NCBI RefSeq assembly: GCF_026210795.1
Contig: NC_089436.1
Span: 1,426,001-1,490,000 of the forward strand
Source of the DNA: Rhizophagus irregularis
Lineage: Eukaryota
DNA length: 64,000 bases
Direction of reading: 5' to 3'
Below the pieces are notes generated by a model. That model ran no database searches and was not told the origin of the DNA. It saw nothing but the letters and a program-made list of their open reading frames with translations. A program made the position numbers and the translations under genes. Of the stretch, positions 1 through 14,525 are shown piece by piece (within the stretch, counting starts at the first letter, position 1; every line of letters begins with the position of its first letter).

Positions 1-59
1 ATAATAAAAAAGAAAAAAAATTTAAGATTCGTAATATAATACTACTTATGAATCTTCAC

Positions 60-460
60 TTTCATTTTCCCTTTCACTTTCGTTTTACCCTTCCCCTTTC
101 TTTTTCGTTTTACTCTTCTCCTTTCGTTTTACCTTTCCCCTTTCTTTTTCGTTTTACCTTCCCTTTCGTTTTACCTTTCCCCTTTCTTTTTCGTTTTACT
201 CTTCCCCTTTCGTTTTACCTTTCTCCTTTCTTTTTCGTTTTACTCTTCCCCTTTCATTTTACCTTTCCCCTTCAGTTTCGTTTTACCTTTCGTTTTCCCC
301 TTTCTTTTTTCCCCCTTTCTTTTTGTTTTCCTTTTCCTTTTCATTTTTATCCTATCCTTTTCGTTTTACCCTTTTCCTTTCATTTTACCCTTCCCTTTCA
401 GTTTCGTTTTACCCTTTCGTTTTTACTTCCCCTTTCATTTTCTCTTGCCCATTCATTTTC
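60..460. repeat. Pyrimidine-rich degenerate tandem repeat (TTTTACCTTCCCTTTCG-like units)
   Basis: Repeated cgttttacc(t)ttccc(c)tt motifs. The overlapping F/P/R-rich ORFs are low-complexity artefacts. Confidence 0.8.
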
Positions 461-3400
461 CTGCGAAACCTATATGGAAAATATGAACAGTTAGTAAACC
501 GTTCATAATACTAAAATAAAATAAAAAAACTGACTTCCCCCTCCCATTTACCTTATTATCCCTGGTGCGTAGTTTTGACCAGCATTCTGGGAAGGGAAAG
601 ATGACACTAGAATTTTTAAAAAAAAATAATAAAAAAAAAATTTTTTTTTTTCTGCGCCTATAGAGCTAAAAGACGAATAAAAGTTTAAAAAAGAATGCAT
701 GATTCTTATTTAAACTTTTGATATGCGTAACGCATGACGTGACCATTTCACCAGCATGTTGGTTCGACCAATGTCTAATCGTAGATCATTGCTAATTGAG
801 GTCGAATTTTTTAATTTTAGTCGAATATAAGCCGAATTTTACTAAGGCTGAATATTCTTTTTTCGACTAGTGCTATGATAAGAAAGGGTAATGATTAATG
901 AGATTATTATACAGTTATCTCAATTTCACGCTGTTCACATTTAATAAAGTAAAATCTGAATTTATACCTACCTTCTATGCTTTTTTCATCATTATGATCT
1001 AACTTGCATAATGGGCATGATGTCTCGTCAGTAATGTCATAATAATCAAAATTTTTGCTACTAAATTCTTTATACAAAGTAGGATATTGATCTAATATCT
1101 TGTTGTAAAAATAAGAGTGGTTATAAGTTATAGTTACCTTAGCTGAAACATTAATCTAATCATCATAATTCATGATGAAAGTCACATGATTACAATTTGA
1201 TACCTCTGGTCAGTATTGTACATTTTTGATGTCCACAACTTTTTTTGGTTGTTCTGAACATGCTTACGCTCTGTCTATACTCTTCTGTAACTTAAAATTC
1301 TCTACAAAAATTATATATATTTAAGTATAATTGGATGCTAAACATTTTTGCTAAGTATTAAACAAGGTTATCATAGAAAAATTTTGAGAGGTTATCATTT
1401 CTTTTTTGTGTAATATATCCCGAACATTATCCTATGACAACACTGCCTCCAGTATTCTTTCTGCTGAAGCCACATTCTTGATAACACTTTGAATTTAATT
1501 AATAGTAAGGCTTGATATGTCATAAATACTGAAAGTAATTTGCTTAATTTTATCTATTTCCACTCCACCTTTCCTAAATAACATATGGATTTTTTTAGCT
1601 CATAGGGTTTTCATACGTAAGTTTCCCAATGTGATACCAGGTAGATGTTCTAGCATTTCTTTGTATATTTGTAATCTAGCTGTTTTATTTGAAGCTTCAG
1701 TGTCATGACAAATCTCATCAACTTTATTTTCAAAACTATTTGAATAATAGAGCCAAGATAAGATCACCTTATGTTCAGCTTATATTGCATTCTGGAATAA
1801 ATGAACTAAGTTTTGCATCATATCTAAAGATGATGATGAATGTAATATTAAAGGTATTTGTTCCATACACTGGTCAAAATCTATGCTATCAGGTATATAT
1901 CGGACACCTATATATTGGTAATAAATCAGATATATATAGGGCAGTTACATATATTACAGACACATCGTACACTAATATATCATATGGAATCTTGATAATT
2001 ATAATAGGGGTGGGCATATGTAAAATAAGTATAAAATTTTGTATTTTTAATGAGCAGGTTATATGAAAAAAATGTATATTTTAAGAAAATGTTATATGCA
2101 AAAATAGTATATTACAAAAATAGGTTATAGTAAAAAAAGTATAAAATTTCAAATAAAAATTTAAGGTCATATATAGATTTATTATAAAAATGTATATTTT
2201 AACAGTTAGTATTTTACTTTTTATCGTATTTGTGATAATATCACTTGTTACATTACAGGTTTTTATTGGTGGGCATCTTGATTTATGACGCATTTAAAAA
2301 AAAAAATTTTATTTTGAAATTTTTTTTTCCTCTTCTCCTCTCTTTAGAACAGTATTAATAGCATAAAGTCTAAAATCATAAATAGAAATAGTGGAAGTTT
2401 CATTATTTTTACGTTTGTTACTTGAAATATATAATATTCTTTTTTTCTTTTTTATGACAAAACATTCTGGATATTGGTACGGATTTTTGAAATTATAAGT
2501 ATGGAGAATGTATGAAGGTATTATTTCTCAATTTTTTTTTACTATTTTGTGTTTTTTTGTCTATAAATCTTACTAATGTTCTTTTTTTTTTAGAGTTAAC
2601 TTGAACTTCAAGAAACCTTAAAGTTACAAGTGAATTTGAGTTCTTTTCTCTTTTTTGTTTTAGCGTTATTTTTTATTTAAGGACATTATTAATGGATTTT
2701 CTTTCTTTTATTTAGGGATATTTTAACTTAAACTTTGGTATTGATTTTAAAATTGCAATAAATGTCTTTTATTTTAGCATTTTTTTGATTTTAAAACATT
2801 ATTAATTTACTTTGGTAATTACTTTTTTTTTGTTTTATTTTTTTTTGATTTTGAATAATTATTAATATTCCTTTCTTTCTTTTTTTTAGGAAAATCCAAG
2901 TTTCAGCTTGGAAAGTATTTAGATTTCATATCTTGGTAATAATTTTGTACTTCTTTGATGGTATAACTTTCATTCTTAATCTTTTAGCAAACTTATTTTT
3001 GATCTTTGATGACAATTTTTGCTTTTGATCTCTAGTAATAAATTTGGTAATTTTTATTTTAATCTTTGGAAATTTTGGGATTTTTACACATAGTTTTTTT
3101 GTTGTAAAATTGATGTTTATTTTGATCTTGTAAATAACATAGTTATCATAAAATTTTATCATACAGCATAAATTTTACCTGATAAAATTGTGTGTATTTT
3201 ATTGATTTGCTAGATTTTAAACATTATATAGAGGTGATATCTAAATTTACCCTATTTTAACATATATGATATTAATATACCATAAATAAAAAAATAAAAT
3301 TTTAACAAAAATATATATTAATGTCATATGATAAAAAAGTATATTTTAGTATTATATAAAGGTTATAGAATAAAAATGTATAATAAAATGACTAAATTTA

Positions 3401-3467
3401 TGTTGAATTTTTATTAGTATCACGGATATGATCTCTATTATAATTGTCTGGGGTTTTATATCACCGA

Positions 3468-4644
3468 TAGTGATATCTGGCTAAACTCTTTTTGCCAAAA
3501 ATTTCGGTTTCGTCACCAACTAGTTTCAGTTTTGTCATTGATTAAACTATATAGTAATATTTTTTAAGTTTAAATTTTATTTATATAAAATTATAATTTT
3601 TTTTTTTTTTTTTTAAATGTTGAATTATGTATCATTTTATTAGAATATATTTGGATTACATAATAATCACAATTATTCTGTAAATGACACTCCCAGCACC
3701 TGGCCAGTCTGATCAAACATTAACTATTATATCACAAATAAATTAAGAATAAAATTAAATAGTAAAAGTAAACCAAAATAATTAAACCAACATACTATAT
3801 TATAAACCAAAATTAAACTAGAAAGAAAAATAAAAGAAAAATGAAAGTAAAGTAAAATAAAATAAAATTTTTTTTTTTTTTATATTATTACTCCAATAAT
3901 TTTTTGCTTATGTATAATGTAACCTTATCAAACTTCTTCTTTATTGGGATCCAATCCTCACATATGTATTTCTTTATAAAGGTATCCATTGATTTCTTTA
4001 CCATAGGAATTGACTTTTGTACTCAATCTGCTTTTCTTGTTTGTATATCTTTTGCTTTATCTGAAAGTTGATTTAAGTTATTTTTTATTTTGGGTTCTGA
4101 AGTAATTTTATCTGTTCGAGTAATGCCTTTTTTTTTTTCCCATAAAATAACTTGTTCACATTTTGGTTTCATAATAATTATTTAAATGTTAAAATGAACC
4201 TTATTAAAATATTGGCACTAAGTATCTGCGCTCATTAAAAGTTATTTTAAAATCTTTTTGTAATTTTGTTGTTAAATAAGTTTCATCTTTCACTTCCAAT
4301 GCCAAGTATTGGAACTTTTGGAATTTTTCTGATTTTGCTGTAACTTCTAATATATCTTGTAATACATTATATAAAATTATAATTTTATTATAAAAAATAT
4401 ATTAAATTATATTATACATAAAATAGTTTTATAAATTCCTTTAAAAAATATTATATTTTAATATAAATTTATTGATTTTTTTTATAAGTAATTATTATAA
4501 TTAAAAATCTATGGAAATCTATAAAAAATCCATGGAAATACTACGGAATATTGAATTTTGGCATTTCGTCTTTTAATTTTAAATGTCTAAACTATTTTGG
4601 TTTAGTCAAATAACTAAATATTTCAGTTTCGCTCAGGATCTCTA
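3468..4644. mobile_element. Non-autonomous hAT-like DNA transposon
   Basis: Perfect 8-bp TSD ATCACCGA (3460-3467 and 4645-4652). Imperfect TIRs TAGTGATATCTGGCTAAAC / revcomp TAGAGATCCTGAGCGAAAC. Confidence 0.7.
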
Positions 4645-4920
4645 ATCACCGATATATACTGGTCAAAATCTATGCTATCAGTTATATATCGGGCATCTAT
4701 ATATCAGTGAAAAGTGAAATATTTTGGCATAGTATATCATATATATGACATACAGTACGGTATAGGTATGCCCTGAAATCCATCAATCTGGATATCCAGT
4801 CATCCATCCAAAAATTGGGATTGAATCCGTTTAATCCAATAATTTTTTATTATTATACTGAATTTTTTTTTTCAGATTTTAATTCAAGCCATAATATATT
4901 CATTAGTTTATAGTTTATTA

Positions 4921-5410
4921 CACAGGTCGAAAAGTGAAAAATCAGGCATCAATCAGGCACCAATCGGTCACCAATCAGATACCTGATTGGTGACCGATTG
5001 GTGCCTGATTGGCATTTTCGCCAAATACCGTTACTAATCAGGCAGTTTACTAACTTTTGATCCAGTGATCAGAAAAGAATGAAATATAGCTCATTGGAAT
5101 TGTCTCAACAAGACGAATCTAATGGTAGTAAAATCGCATCTCTAGAATTAATAGTTAATAAAAAATTAAATAAAATATAAATGATACATTTTTATTTTTA
5201 TATTTTACTTAATTTCTCATCAAGTATTAATCCTAGAAATGCGATTTTACTACCATTAGATTCGTCTTGTTGAGACGATTCCAATGAGCTATATTTCATT
5301 CTTTTCTGATCACTGAATCAAAAGTTAGCAAACTGCCTGATTGGTGACGGTATTTGGCAAAAATGCCAATCAGTCACCAATTAGCTACCTGATTGGTGAC
5401 CGATTGGTGC
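4921..5410. repeat. Long palindromic (foldback/MITE-like) element, right end truncated
   Basis: Arms ~4957-5180 and ~5190-5410 are near-perfect reverse complements, e.g. CATTGGAATTGTCTCAACAAGACGAATCTAATGGTAGTAAAATCGCAT vs ATGCGATTTTACTACCATTAGATTCGTCTTGTTGAGACGATTCCAATG. Internal CCAATCAG/CTGATTGG subrepeats. Confidence 0.85.
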
Positions 5411-5579
5411 ATCTAAATCTTCTTGTATATTCTTCTACTTTTTCATTTATTTCCTATTTAGTTTTTCTCAATTCCAACATTTTTCTTCTTCTAATATCTT
5501 CTTTTGTGAATCTTTATTTAATTCTATGTTTTAAATCATTATTAACATCTACATTTGCCCAATTTACTAAATTACTGGT

Positions 5580-6443
5580 TAGAGTTCTGAATGGATCAGG
5601 TTGTCAGGTCAGGTTAATTGATAAACCTGACCTGAAATTTTTTTTCAGGTCAGGTCAGGTCAGGTTATATCAGATTATCTGTTTAACCGACCTGAACTGA
5701 AACCTGAAAATTTTTAGGATTTATATTAAAATATGAAAAAAAAATGGTGCAAAACATTTTTTTTGAAATATTGTTTATATTAAAATCGTATAAAAAGGTG
5801 AATCGCAATACTGCAACTAACTTTTTAAATATAAAATCAATATAAAAAAGTGAATACCGATACCGCAATTCACTTTTTATATATAAAATCAATATAAAAA
5901 AGTGAATACCGATACCGCAATTCATTGTTTATATATAAAATTGATATAAAAAAGTGAATACCGATACCGCAATTCATTTTTTATATATAAAATCGATATA
6001 AAAAAGTGAATCTGACACCGCAATTCACTTTTTATATATAAAATCGATATAAAAAGTGAATTCTGATACCGCAATTCACTTTTTATATATAAAATCGATA
6101 TAAAAAGTGAATTCTGATACCGCAATTCACTTTTTATATATAAAATTGATATAATAAAGTGAATTCTGATACCGCAATTCACTTTTTATATATAAAATCA
6201 ATATAAAAAAGTGAATCCCAATATCGCAATTCACTTTTATTATATAAAATCAATATAAAAAGTGAATTATAATACCATAACTTACTTATTATATAAAATC
6301 ATAGTTTCAGGTCAACAGGTCATTCAGGTTATACTGATGTTGCAACCTGAACTGATGCTGAATTGCAATTGCTAAACCTGACCTGAAAATTTCAGGTCAA
6401 CCTGTCAGGTTACCTGAATTTGATCAACCTGTTTGGAACTCCA
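5580..6443. mobile_element. Non-autonomous hAT-like element with internal minisatellite
   Basis: 8-bp TSD TTACTGGT (5572-5579) / TTACCGGT (6444-6451). TIR TAGAGTTCTGAA vs revcomp TGGAGTTCCAAA. Subterminal TCAGG/CCTGA repeats at both ends. Confidence 0.8.
5785..6300. repeat. Tandem array of ~10 x 50-52 bp self-complementary units
   Basis: GTGAAT core recurs at ~5798, 5850, 5902, 5954, 6006, 6056, 6107, 6159, 6211, 6262. Unit is TATAAAAA(A)GTGAAT-accgataccgca-ATTCACTTTTTATA-tataaaatcaa. Confidence 0.95.
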
Positions 6444-6760
6444 TTACCGGTATTCAGTTCCTTCATTTCATTATACCATTATGCTGCTGCTCCTCTTAAA
6501 CATGTTACTGCATATACTACCTGTCTTGTACAATTCGCTTCTGGTGCTTTTCCTATTGCAGTAAATGCTACTTTAAATTGTCCAACCCAATCACTTACAT
6601 CTTTTTCTTCTTTTTCATAAAATAACGGTAAACTAATAGTTCCTCCTGCGATATTTCCTGTGTTTCTATTCTTGCTACTATATTAACTTCTGCTCCTAAC
6701 AGATTATTTAATGCATTGAGTGCTAATTCTAAAGCGTTTTTCATTAACTTTTTTACTTGA

Positions 6761-9700
6761 CCTTCAGTTATTATATTTATTATATTTTTTTAAAATAATT
6801 CTTGTAAATTGTAATCAGATACTTCACTTTCATTATTAGAATCAGATTTTTCACTTTCACTATTAGAATCTTTTTCATTATTAGAGTCTTTAATATTTAA
6901 TAAATTATTCGAATCTGAATCTTGACTTAAGTTAAAACTTTCTGTATTTATAATATTTTCAATTTTGTTTTCAAGTTCATCTTCATCAATATCCTTGACA
7001 TCATTTTTATCCCACATTTCATATTCTCTTGAGCTTAATATTTCTCCAATCTTTTCTGAATCATCTGTATTATCCTCTTCTCCATCATTTTCTTCTATTT
7101 TCGTTTGTTTTCTTAAATATTCATCTAATATTTCTTTTATAACTCCTTCTAATTCATTTTTATTTTTCTGAAATAACTTTATAAATCCTCAACTTAAAAT
7201 TTCTTTATCTGTATATTTCATATTTAATATTCTTCTTCTGTTATTTTAATTTCTACTATTTTACATATTTTTTGTATTTTCTCTATTCTTGATTTTGTTT
7301 TACTATCGTTCCTTTCTTCTCTTTTAAAATAACTTTTACATACTGTTCCTTCAAATTCTTTATCATATTCTACTGCTTCTTTTGTTAAGGTTATTTTATT
7401 GCATAGTGGATATTCTATTACATTTCAACTATACCAAACTTTAAATTGTTCAATTATTTCTTCATTATTTTTTGATGGTCAAATATTTTTTCATAAAATC
7501 TTTAGTTTTCATTATTTCATATTCTACTCCAAGATTTGTTATTCATCTTATTTCTTCAGTATCAATTTCATAACCATTTTCCAACCAATAATTTATATAT
7601 ATTTTTTTTATGTGTTTATCTCCATCATTCGAACTTGATTCTTTTACATCATCTGAACTTTTCAGTTTTCCTATATCACTATATTTTTTAACAAAACCTT
7701 TTGTGTCAACAATTTTTTCTACTATTTTATTTGTTAAATCGTTATCTATCTATGGTTTTGAATATTTATTCTTATTCCACCATTTGTATGTTATACTTTT
7801 CTGAAATTTTCTAATTTTCTTTCTATTTTCCTCTTTTACTACACTTTTTTTTAAATGTAATATTTCTTTAAAATATCTCATAGTATTATATCTTTTCTTT
7901 TCAATAGTTACTGATTCTATTTTTTCTAACTATTCTTCAAATTTTGCAAACCTTATATCTTGTTCATCGTCTTCTATAATGTACTTGTACTCTAACAATT
8001 CTCTATTTCCTAGTAAATTCTCTTCTATTTTATTATTTAATATTAAATTATCATCCCAATCAAATATATAATGTTCACAAATTACTTTTATTTATTACAG
8101 TCTGGGATTTTACCATAAATGGAATCATTTTTAAGCATTTTGATTGGTAGCGATCTTACCATTTTTGTATATGCCGATCAAAGAATGTTGATCAGAATAT
8201 TCTATGACTGACGCAATTTTATTGATTAATTTTAGCATCGTATATTTGATACTTTGATCGTTCGAAATGATAAAACTTAAATAATTTTATTATTTTTTTC
8301 TAATTTATTTCTGTATTTGAAAAATATATTTTTTTCGCCTAAACTACATCTATATCATCTAATTCATACATTCTGCAAATTTCGTACCTCTTGTAATATG
8401 GTTAGCAATTCACTTTTCTTTTTAAATCCTATTCCATTCACTCATTTGTTCTAAAAGAGATTCTACTTTACGCAAAATCTCTATTCGTGTCATGTTGGAT
8501 TCATCTGCCTGCACCATTGCTTCTTGTTGATTGGAATAGGCCGAAATGAAGGAACTGAACTTTTTGTAAAACACTTCAATAAATCAATAATATATTCTTG
8601 TCATGCCTTTTTTGCCAAATTACTAAAATTTTTCAACTGGTCACTCAATTTACTCTCTCCACCTATATTTTTAAAATCTGTTTTTGTCTTCATTGGATTA
8701 AGAAAATTAAGCTTTCTTAAATAACCCCAAAATCTTTCGACATTCTGTAATTGATTTAGGATGAGCTTCGAGACTTCTTAATGTCATTATATCCAATTAC
8801 TTTAAAAAAATAATTTAATTATAATGTTTTTCACATAAAGAATATTATTCCAAAGATGTTTGAAGGTATAAGTTCTGAGATAAAAGTATGATGAAGAAGG
8901 AGACGGCTAACTACTGCCTTAGTATCAGCATGTCGATGGTTTTGTCTCACATATTTTCAAACCTTTTCACTCATATGTGATTACTAAATTGTGAAAAGAC
9001 AAGGCAGCTCTTTATCGTATGCTTTTTTGCACATTGTCACTACAATAAAATTAAGAAAAAAGTTAAAATAAAAAAAAAAAAAAAAATGGCAATGAAACTC
9101 AAAAAAAATTAATTTAAATTGAAAATATGTCATTTTATAGTCATTTTATGGTCTTCATACTTTTTTGAAAGAGAGTTGATTATGAAAAAATATTCACTGA
9201 TTATGAAAATACATACCTTTTATGACGTATTTTTATAATTACGTTTTGCAGTTTCAAAGAATATGTCGTGAGAAATTCTTTCACCAAATCATGTTAATAT
9301 GATGGAATTATAATTGCCGATCATTCTAGAATCATTCCAGAACGTGATCTGTTACACAATCCAATTTTGGAAATATCCCGGACTGTATTACTGATATAAT
9401 TCCTATTTTTCTATAATCTGATTTATTCCTATATCTGATTGATACTACAATTACGTCTAATAATTTTTCTCATTCCTTTTTTATTTTCTCAAACTCAGCT
9501 CTTTATTTCTTTTCTTTTTACTAAATGAATATTTCTCTTCTCTATCTTTTCTTATTAGTGTTATATACTTTAATAATTTTATATATGTATTTCGATTATA
9601 ACCCATTGCCTCCAATATTACTTTCTGGAAAATCTTCCAAAATTTCTTAAACCAATCATTTATCTCCATTTTATTAGTATTATAACACTTTAGATATGAA

Positions 9701-10640
9701 AGATCTATTTGATATTCTTCTCTTAGCTCATCATATTTTTCTATTTCATATCTATTTTTAACCTCTTCTAATTCATCATATATATCAGCCATTTTTAAAT
9801 TATTTTATTTATTTATTTTGCGAAAAATGGTCGCATTTTGTATTTTCACTTTATTTATATTTAATACTCATATTAATTTTTATTTATTAACACAATTTCA
9901 TAATTTTTTTTATTAATCCTTTTATTATATTATTTCTTTTTATTGCATCTCATTATGTTTTATAACATTCTATTATATCTTATTATTACATCCTACTATT
10001 ACATGATGTTTTATTATTTATAACTTAATATTCTTTAACTTCATTTATTCTTTTACGATTAGTTTAACATCTTTTCAGACAATTATTTGTCCTTTAATTC
10101 CTATTATTCAAACTTCTATATTCTATTCGTTTATATATTCTGATTATTTCTACATATGCTTATTCATATTCTCTTCACTTCGATTATCTGAATATTCTTC
10201 AATATAATAATGACCCTTTTTACCACAAACTTTGCATTTGTTATTTCTTTTTTTAATATCTTGTATAATTTCCATTAGTTGACTTAACGGTTCACAATCT
10301 TGATCCCTGATATTCATAAATTTTATCCCTAGTACATGCTTTGTGAATCCAAAATTTATTATTCTAATTATATCATTTTCTTTTATCACAATATTCAATT
10401 TATTTAATATCTTTCTTATCTTTTCTACTGTTTCTTTTATTTCATTTTCATCATCTTTAATTCCTTCTGTTAACAAATATTTTTCAATTATTTTATATTT
10501 TAACCTCAACTCTTTGATTTCATTTTTATTCCAATCTGCAATGCACATTCCTTCATTCTCAAATCATTTTAACACATTTCCTAATAGGTGTGTTTTTGCA
10601 ATTTTAAATATTCTTTCATTAATCTTTAATATCTTTTAAA
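6761..10640 (-). mobile_element. Decayed 5' ORF region of the LTR-retrotransposon-like relic (upstream of gag), interrupted by a Tc1-like element
   Basis: Fragmented K/E/N-rich minus-strand ORFs (6790-7017, 9481-9792, 10150-10548, the last with a CKVCGKKGH knuckle-like motif) collinear with the gag remnant. No LTR identified. Confidence 0.45.
8098..9385. mobile_element. Tc1/mariner-like TIR element, non-autonomous or decayed
   Basis: TA-flanked TIRs CAGTCTGGGATTTTACCATAAATGGA / revcomp CAGTCCGGGATATTTCCAAAATTGGA. TA at 8096-8097 and 9386-9387. Confidence 0.75.
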
Positions 10641-11155
10641 TTAATTATTTGAAAATTTATATAGTATAATATAGTTAATTAATTTACTGATATTATTAAA
10701 GTAATAATTTTCAATGATTTTAATATATAATTATTATTAAAAATATTTAAATGGTTTTTAAAAAAAATCTAAATGGCTTACTTTTGAAAATTAATAAATT
10801 AATAAAAGAAATAAAGTTAAATAAATGTACATTGGATTTTAAAAAAATTACATTAGAAAATTTAATTTTCTGTCAAGATTAAATCCAAAATTTATTGTTC
10901 TATATATAACAGAAATACCATTACTATTTTAAATAAGACATTAAAATGTAAGTTAGTTGTTTATTTAATAGGACTATAGGAGTCAAAACAAAGTCATCTA
11001 AAGCATACCTGTGACATTTTTTTAATAAAAACTATAACATTTTAATCTTAGCTAAACTATTTCTGATTTATTCTGTCTTTAAGATATTTTTATTAATAAA
11101 GCATCAATCAGATGCAATAATTAATTTTCAATTTTCTCATTCCTTATTTATATTC

Positions 11156-13109
<1,954 letters not shown>

Positions 13110-13442
13110 ATTTAACTAACAAATGCCCAATTTTGAGTGTATATGATAATACTGTAGTTCGTGTCATTATGATTATCAAGCGTCAACAACCAATGAAAAT
13201 TATTATATGCATTATATAAGTGAGAATTAATTTAATTTATTTAGAAAATATTAAATATAATAAATATCCATTTTTATTAACAATGAAAAGAAAGAATTTT
13301 ATTCATAATAATTTATTTATACTATATAAGAAGAAAAGAAGAAAAAAAAGATAAAACTATACCCGCATATTGCCGGTTTATACGGTTTATATAATCTTAA
13401 GATTAGTGCAAGATAATAAACATTTGTTGACTCTTGCAGAGT

Positions 13443-14525
13443 TCAATAAATGTTGCGCCAATCCGGTGGGCAATCTTCATCGTGTTCTATTACATTGTTT
13501 GTTTCAATCCCCCAACTCCACCCATTTGAATTTGAAGCCCAATCTGTTGAACCATGATGTTGGAAATAGATTTCCTCATCATCGTCGTCATCGTCCCAAG
13601 AACCTTCATCTTCATCGTCCCAATCAGCAATATTAAACTGAAATCCATCGATAATTTCAGAGATAGCGGATAAATCTAAATCTCCGTCAGCGGAAAAATA
13701 TCTAATAAATGATCTTGGCTTTTTTTTTTTAGGAGGTCCTAACTTACATCTTGATCCATCAGGATTAGCATGCTGGTAAAAACACTCATCAGCGAAAGGA
13801 CATTTTCCACTCCCTTCAAAATATTTACAAGGGATTTGAGATATTTTTTCCTTGTATGTTGAAATGATTTGCTCTTTTTGAGGCCCAGCTTTAGCAAAAC
13901 GACTAGATGGAACAACATATGGAGAATTTTTTCTGCATACGGGACATGTTTTAGTGGTATCAACATCTTGAAAAGGGCTTGAAACGTTGCTTGTTTTACG
14001 CCATACTTGTATACAATCTCGACAAAATATATGATCGCAATGTATAAGCAACCCAAACGTTTTAGGAGTATCATAACAAATAGCGCACGTATATTCGTCT
14101 TCGACAACAACCTCCTTTGCTTTTTGTTTGTCTTTTTGACTTTTTAAGTCATTTTCATTACTATCAACGGTATCAATTCCTTTAGTGTTATTAGATTTTT
14201 CATGTTTATACCAGCATGAATCTCCAAACATACAACGATCTTCCAAGAAATACTTGCAAACAAGTAAACTTTCGGGTGGAACTCTATTATTACTATTATT
14301 TGATCTACGATAGTTCGAATTAGAATTCGACTTGTGTAACGTCGAAGAAGAACTTCCTCCAGTATTATAGCTGTTTTGTTCATCGCCATCGCTATTTCTA
14401 TTGCGTGGACTGTTTCCTTCTCGTGTGTGCAAGTAATGGCAATTTGGCCCATTTCTACAATGTCCGTTAGCAAAAAACCTGCAAATCGTACGTGAGGAGC
14501 TCGCGTTCACTCTGTAAGAAGACAT
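13443..14525 (-). CDS. MKRN: Makorin-family CCCH zinc finger / RING E3 ubiquitin ligase
   Basis: Two N-terminal C-x7-C-x5-C-x3-H fingers, RING (CAICYD...CDHIFCRDCIQVWR...CPVCR), C-terminal CCCH (PCKYF...CPFADECFYQH). Single exon. Confidence 0.9.
   Translation of the reverse strand: MSSYRVNASSSRTICRFFANGHCRNGPNCHYLHTREGNSPRNRNSDGDEQNSYNTGGSSSSTLHKSNSNSNYRRSNNSNNRVPPESLLVCKYFLEDRCMFGDSCWYKHEKSNNTKGIDTVDSNENDLKSQKDKQKAKEVVVEDEYTCAICYDTPKTFGLLIHCDHIFCRDCIQVWRKTSNVSSPFQDVDTTKTCPVCRKNSPYVVPSSRFAKAGPQKEQIISTYKEKISQIPCKYFEGSGKCPFADECFYQHANPDGSRCKLGPPKKKKPRSFIRYFSADGDLDLSAISEIIDGFQFNIADWDDEDEGSWDDDDDDEEIYFQHHGSTDWASNSNGWSWGIETNNVIEHDEDCPPDWRNIY

Larger units (their letters stand above)
5411..6760 (-). 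pseudogene. Decayed Ty3/Gypsy-type gag (capsid/Retrotrans_gag), split by the 5580-6443 insertion
   Basis: Minus-strand translation gives PLFYEKEE.DVSDWVGQFKVAFTAIG...VTCLRGAAA*WYNEMKELN. Across the insertion it continues NLVNWANVDVNNDLKHRIK*RFTKEDIRRRKMLELRKTK*EINEKVEEYTRRFR, matching the gag L.G.A..W and Q...E.V.EY..RF motifs. Contains stops and frameshifts. Confidence 0.7.

Noticed and set aside
48..508. F/P-rich ORFs
   Set aside because: Translations of a low-complexity repeat with no splice or domain support.
605..872. CACTA element (CACTAG...CTAGTG)
   Set aside because: Only 6 bp of inverted match and no convincing TSD.
950..1860. Possible decayed coding relic on the minus strand
   Set aside because: Composition is coding-like but no recognisable motif could be found.
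5683..6182. ORFs with repeated ILYIKSELRY
   Set aside because: Translations of the minisatellite.
5785..6300. CRISPR array
   Set aside because: The sequences between the palindromic repeats are near-identical rather than unique spacers. There are no cas genes and the context is a eukaryotic TE.
13370..14473. Alternative-frame ORFs overlapping makorin
   Set aside because: Shadow ORFs with no motifs.
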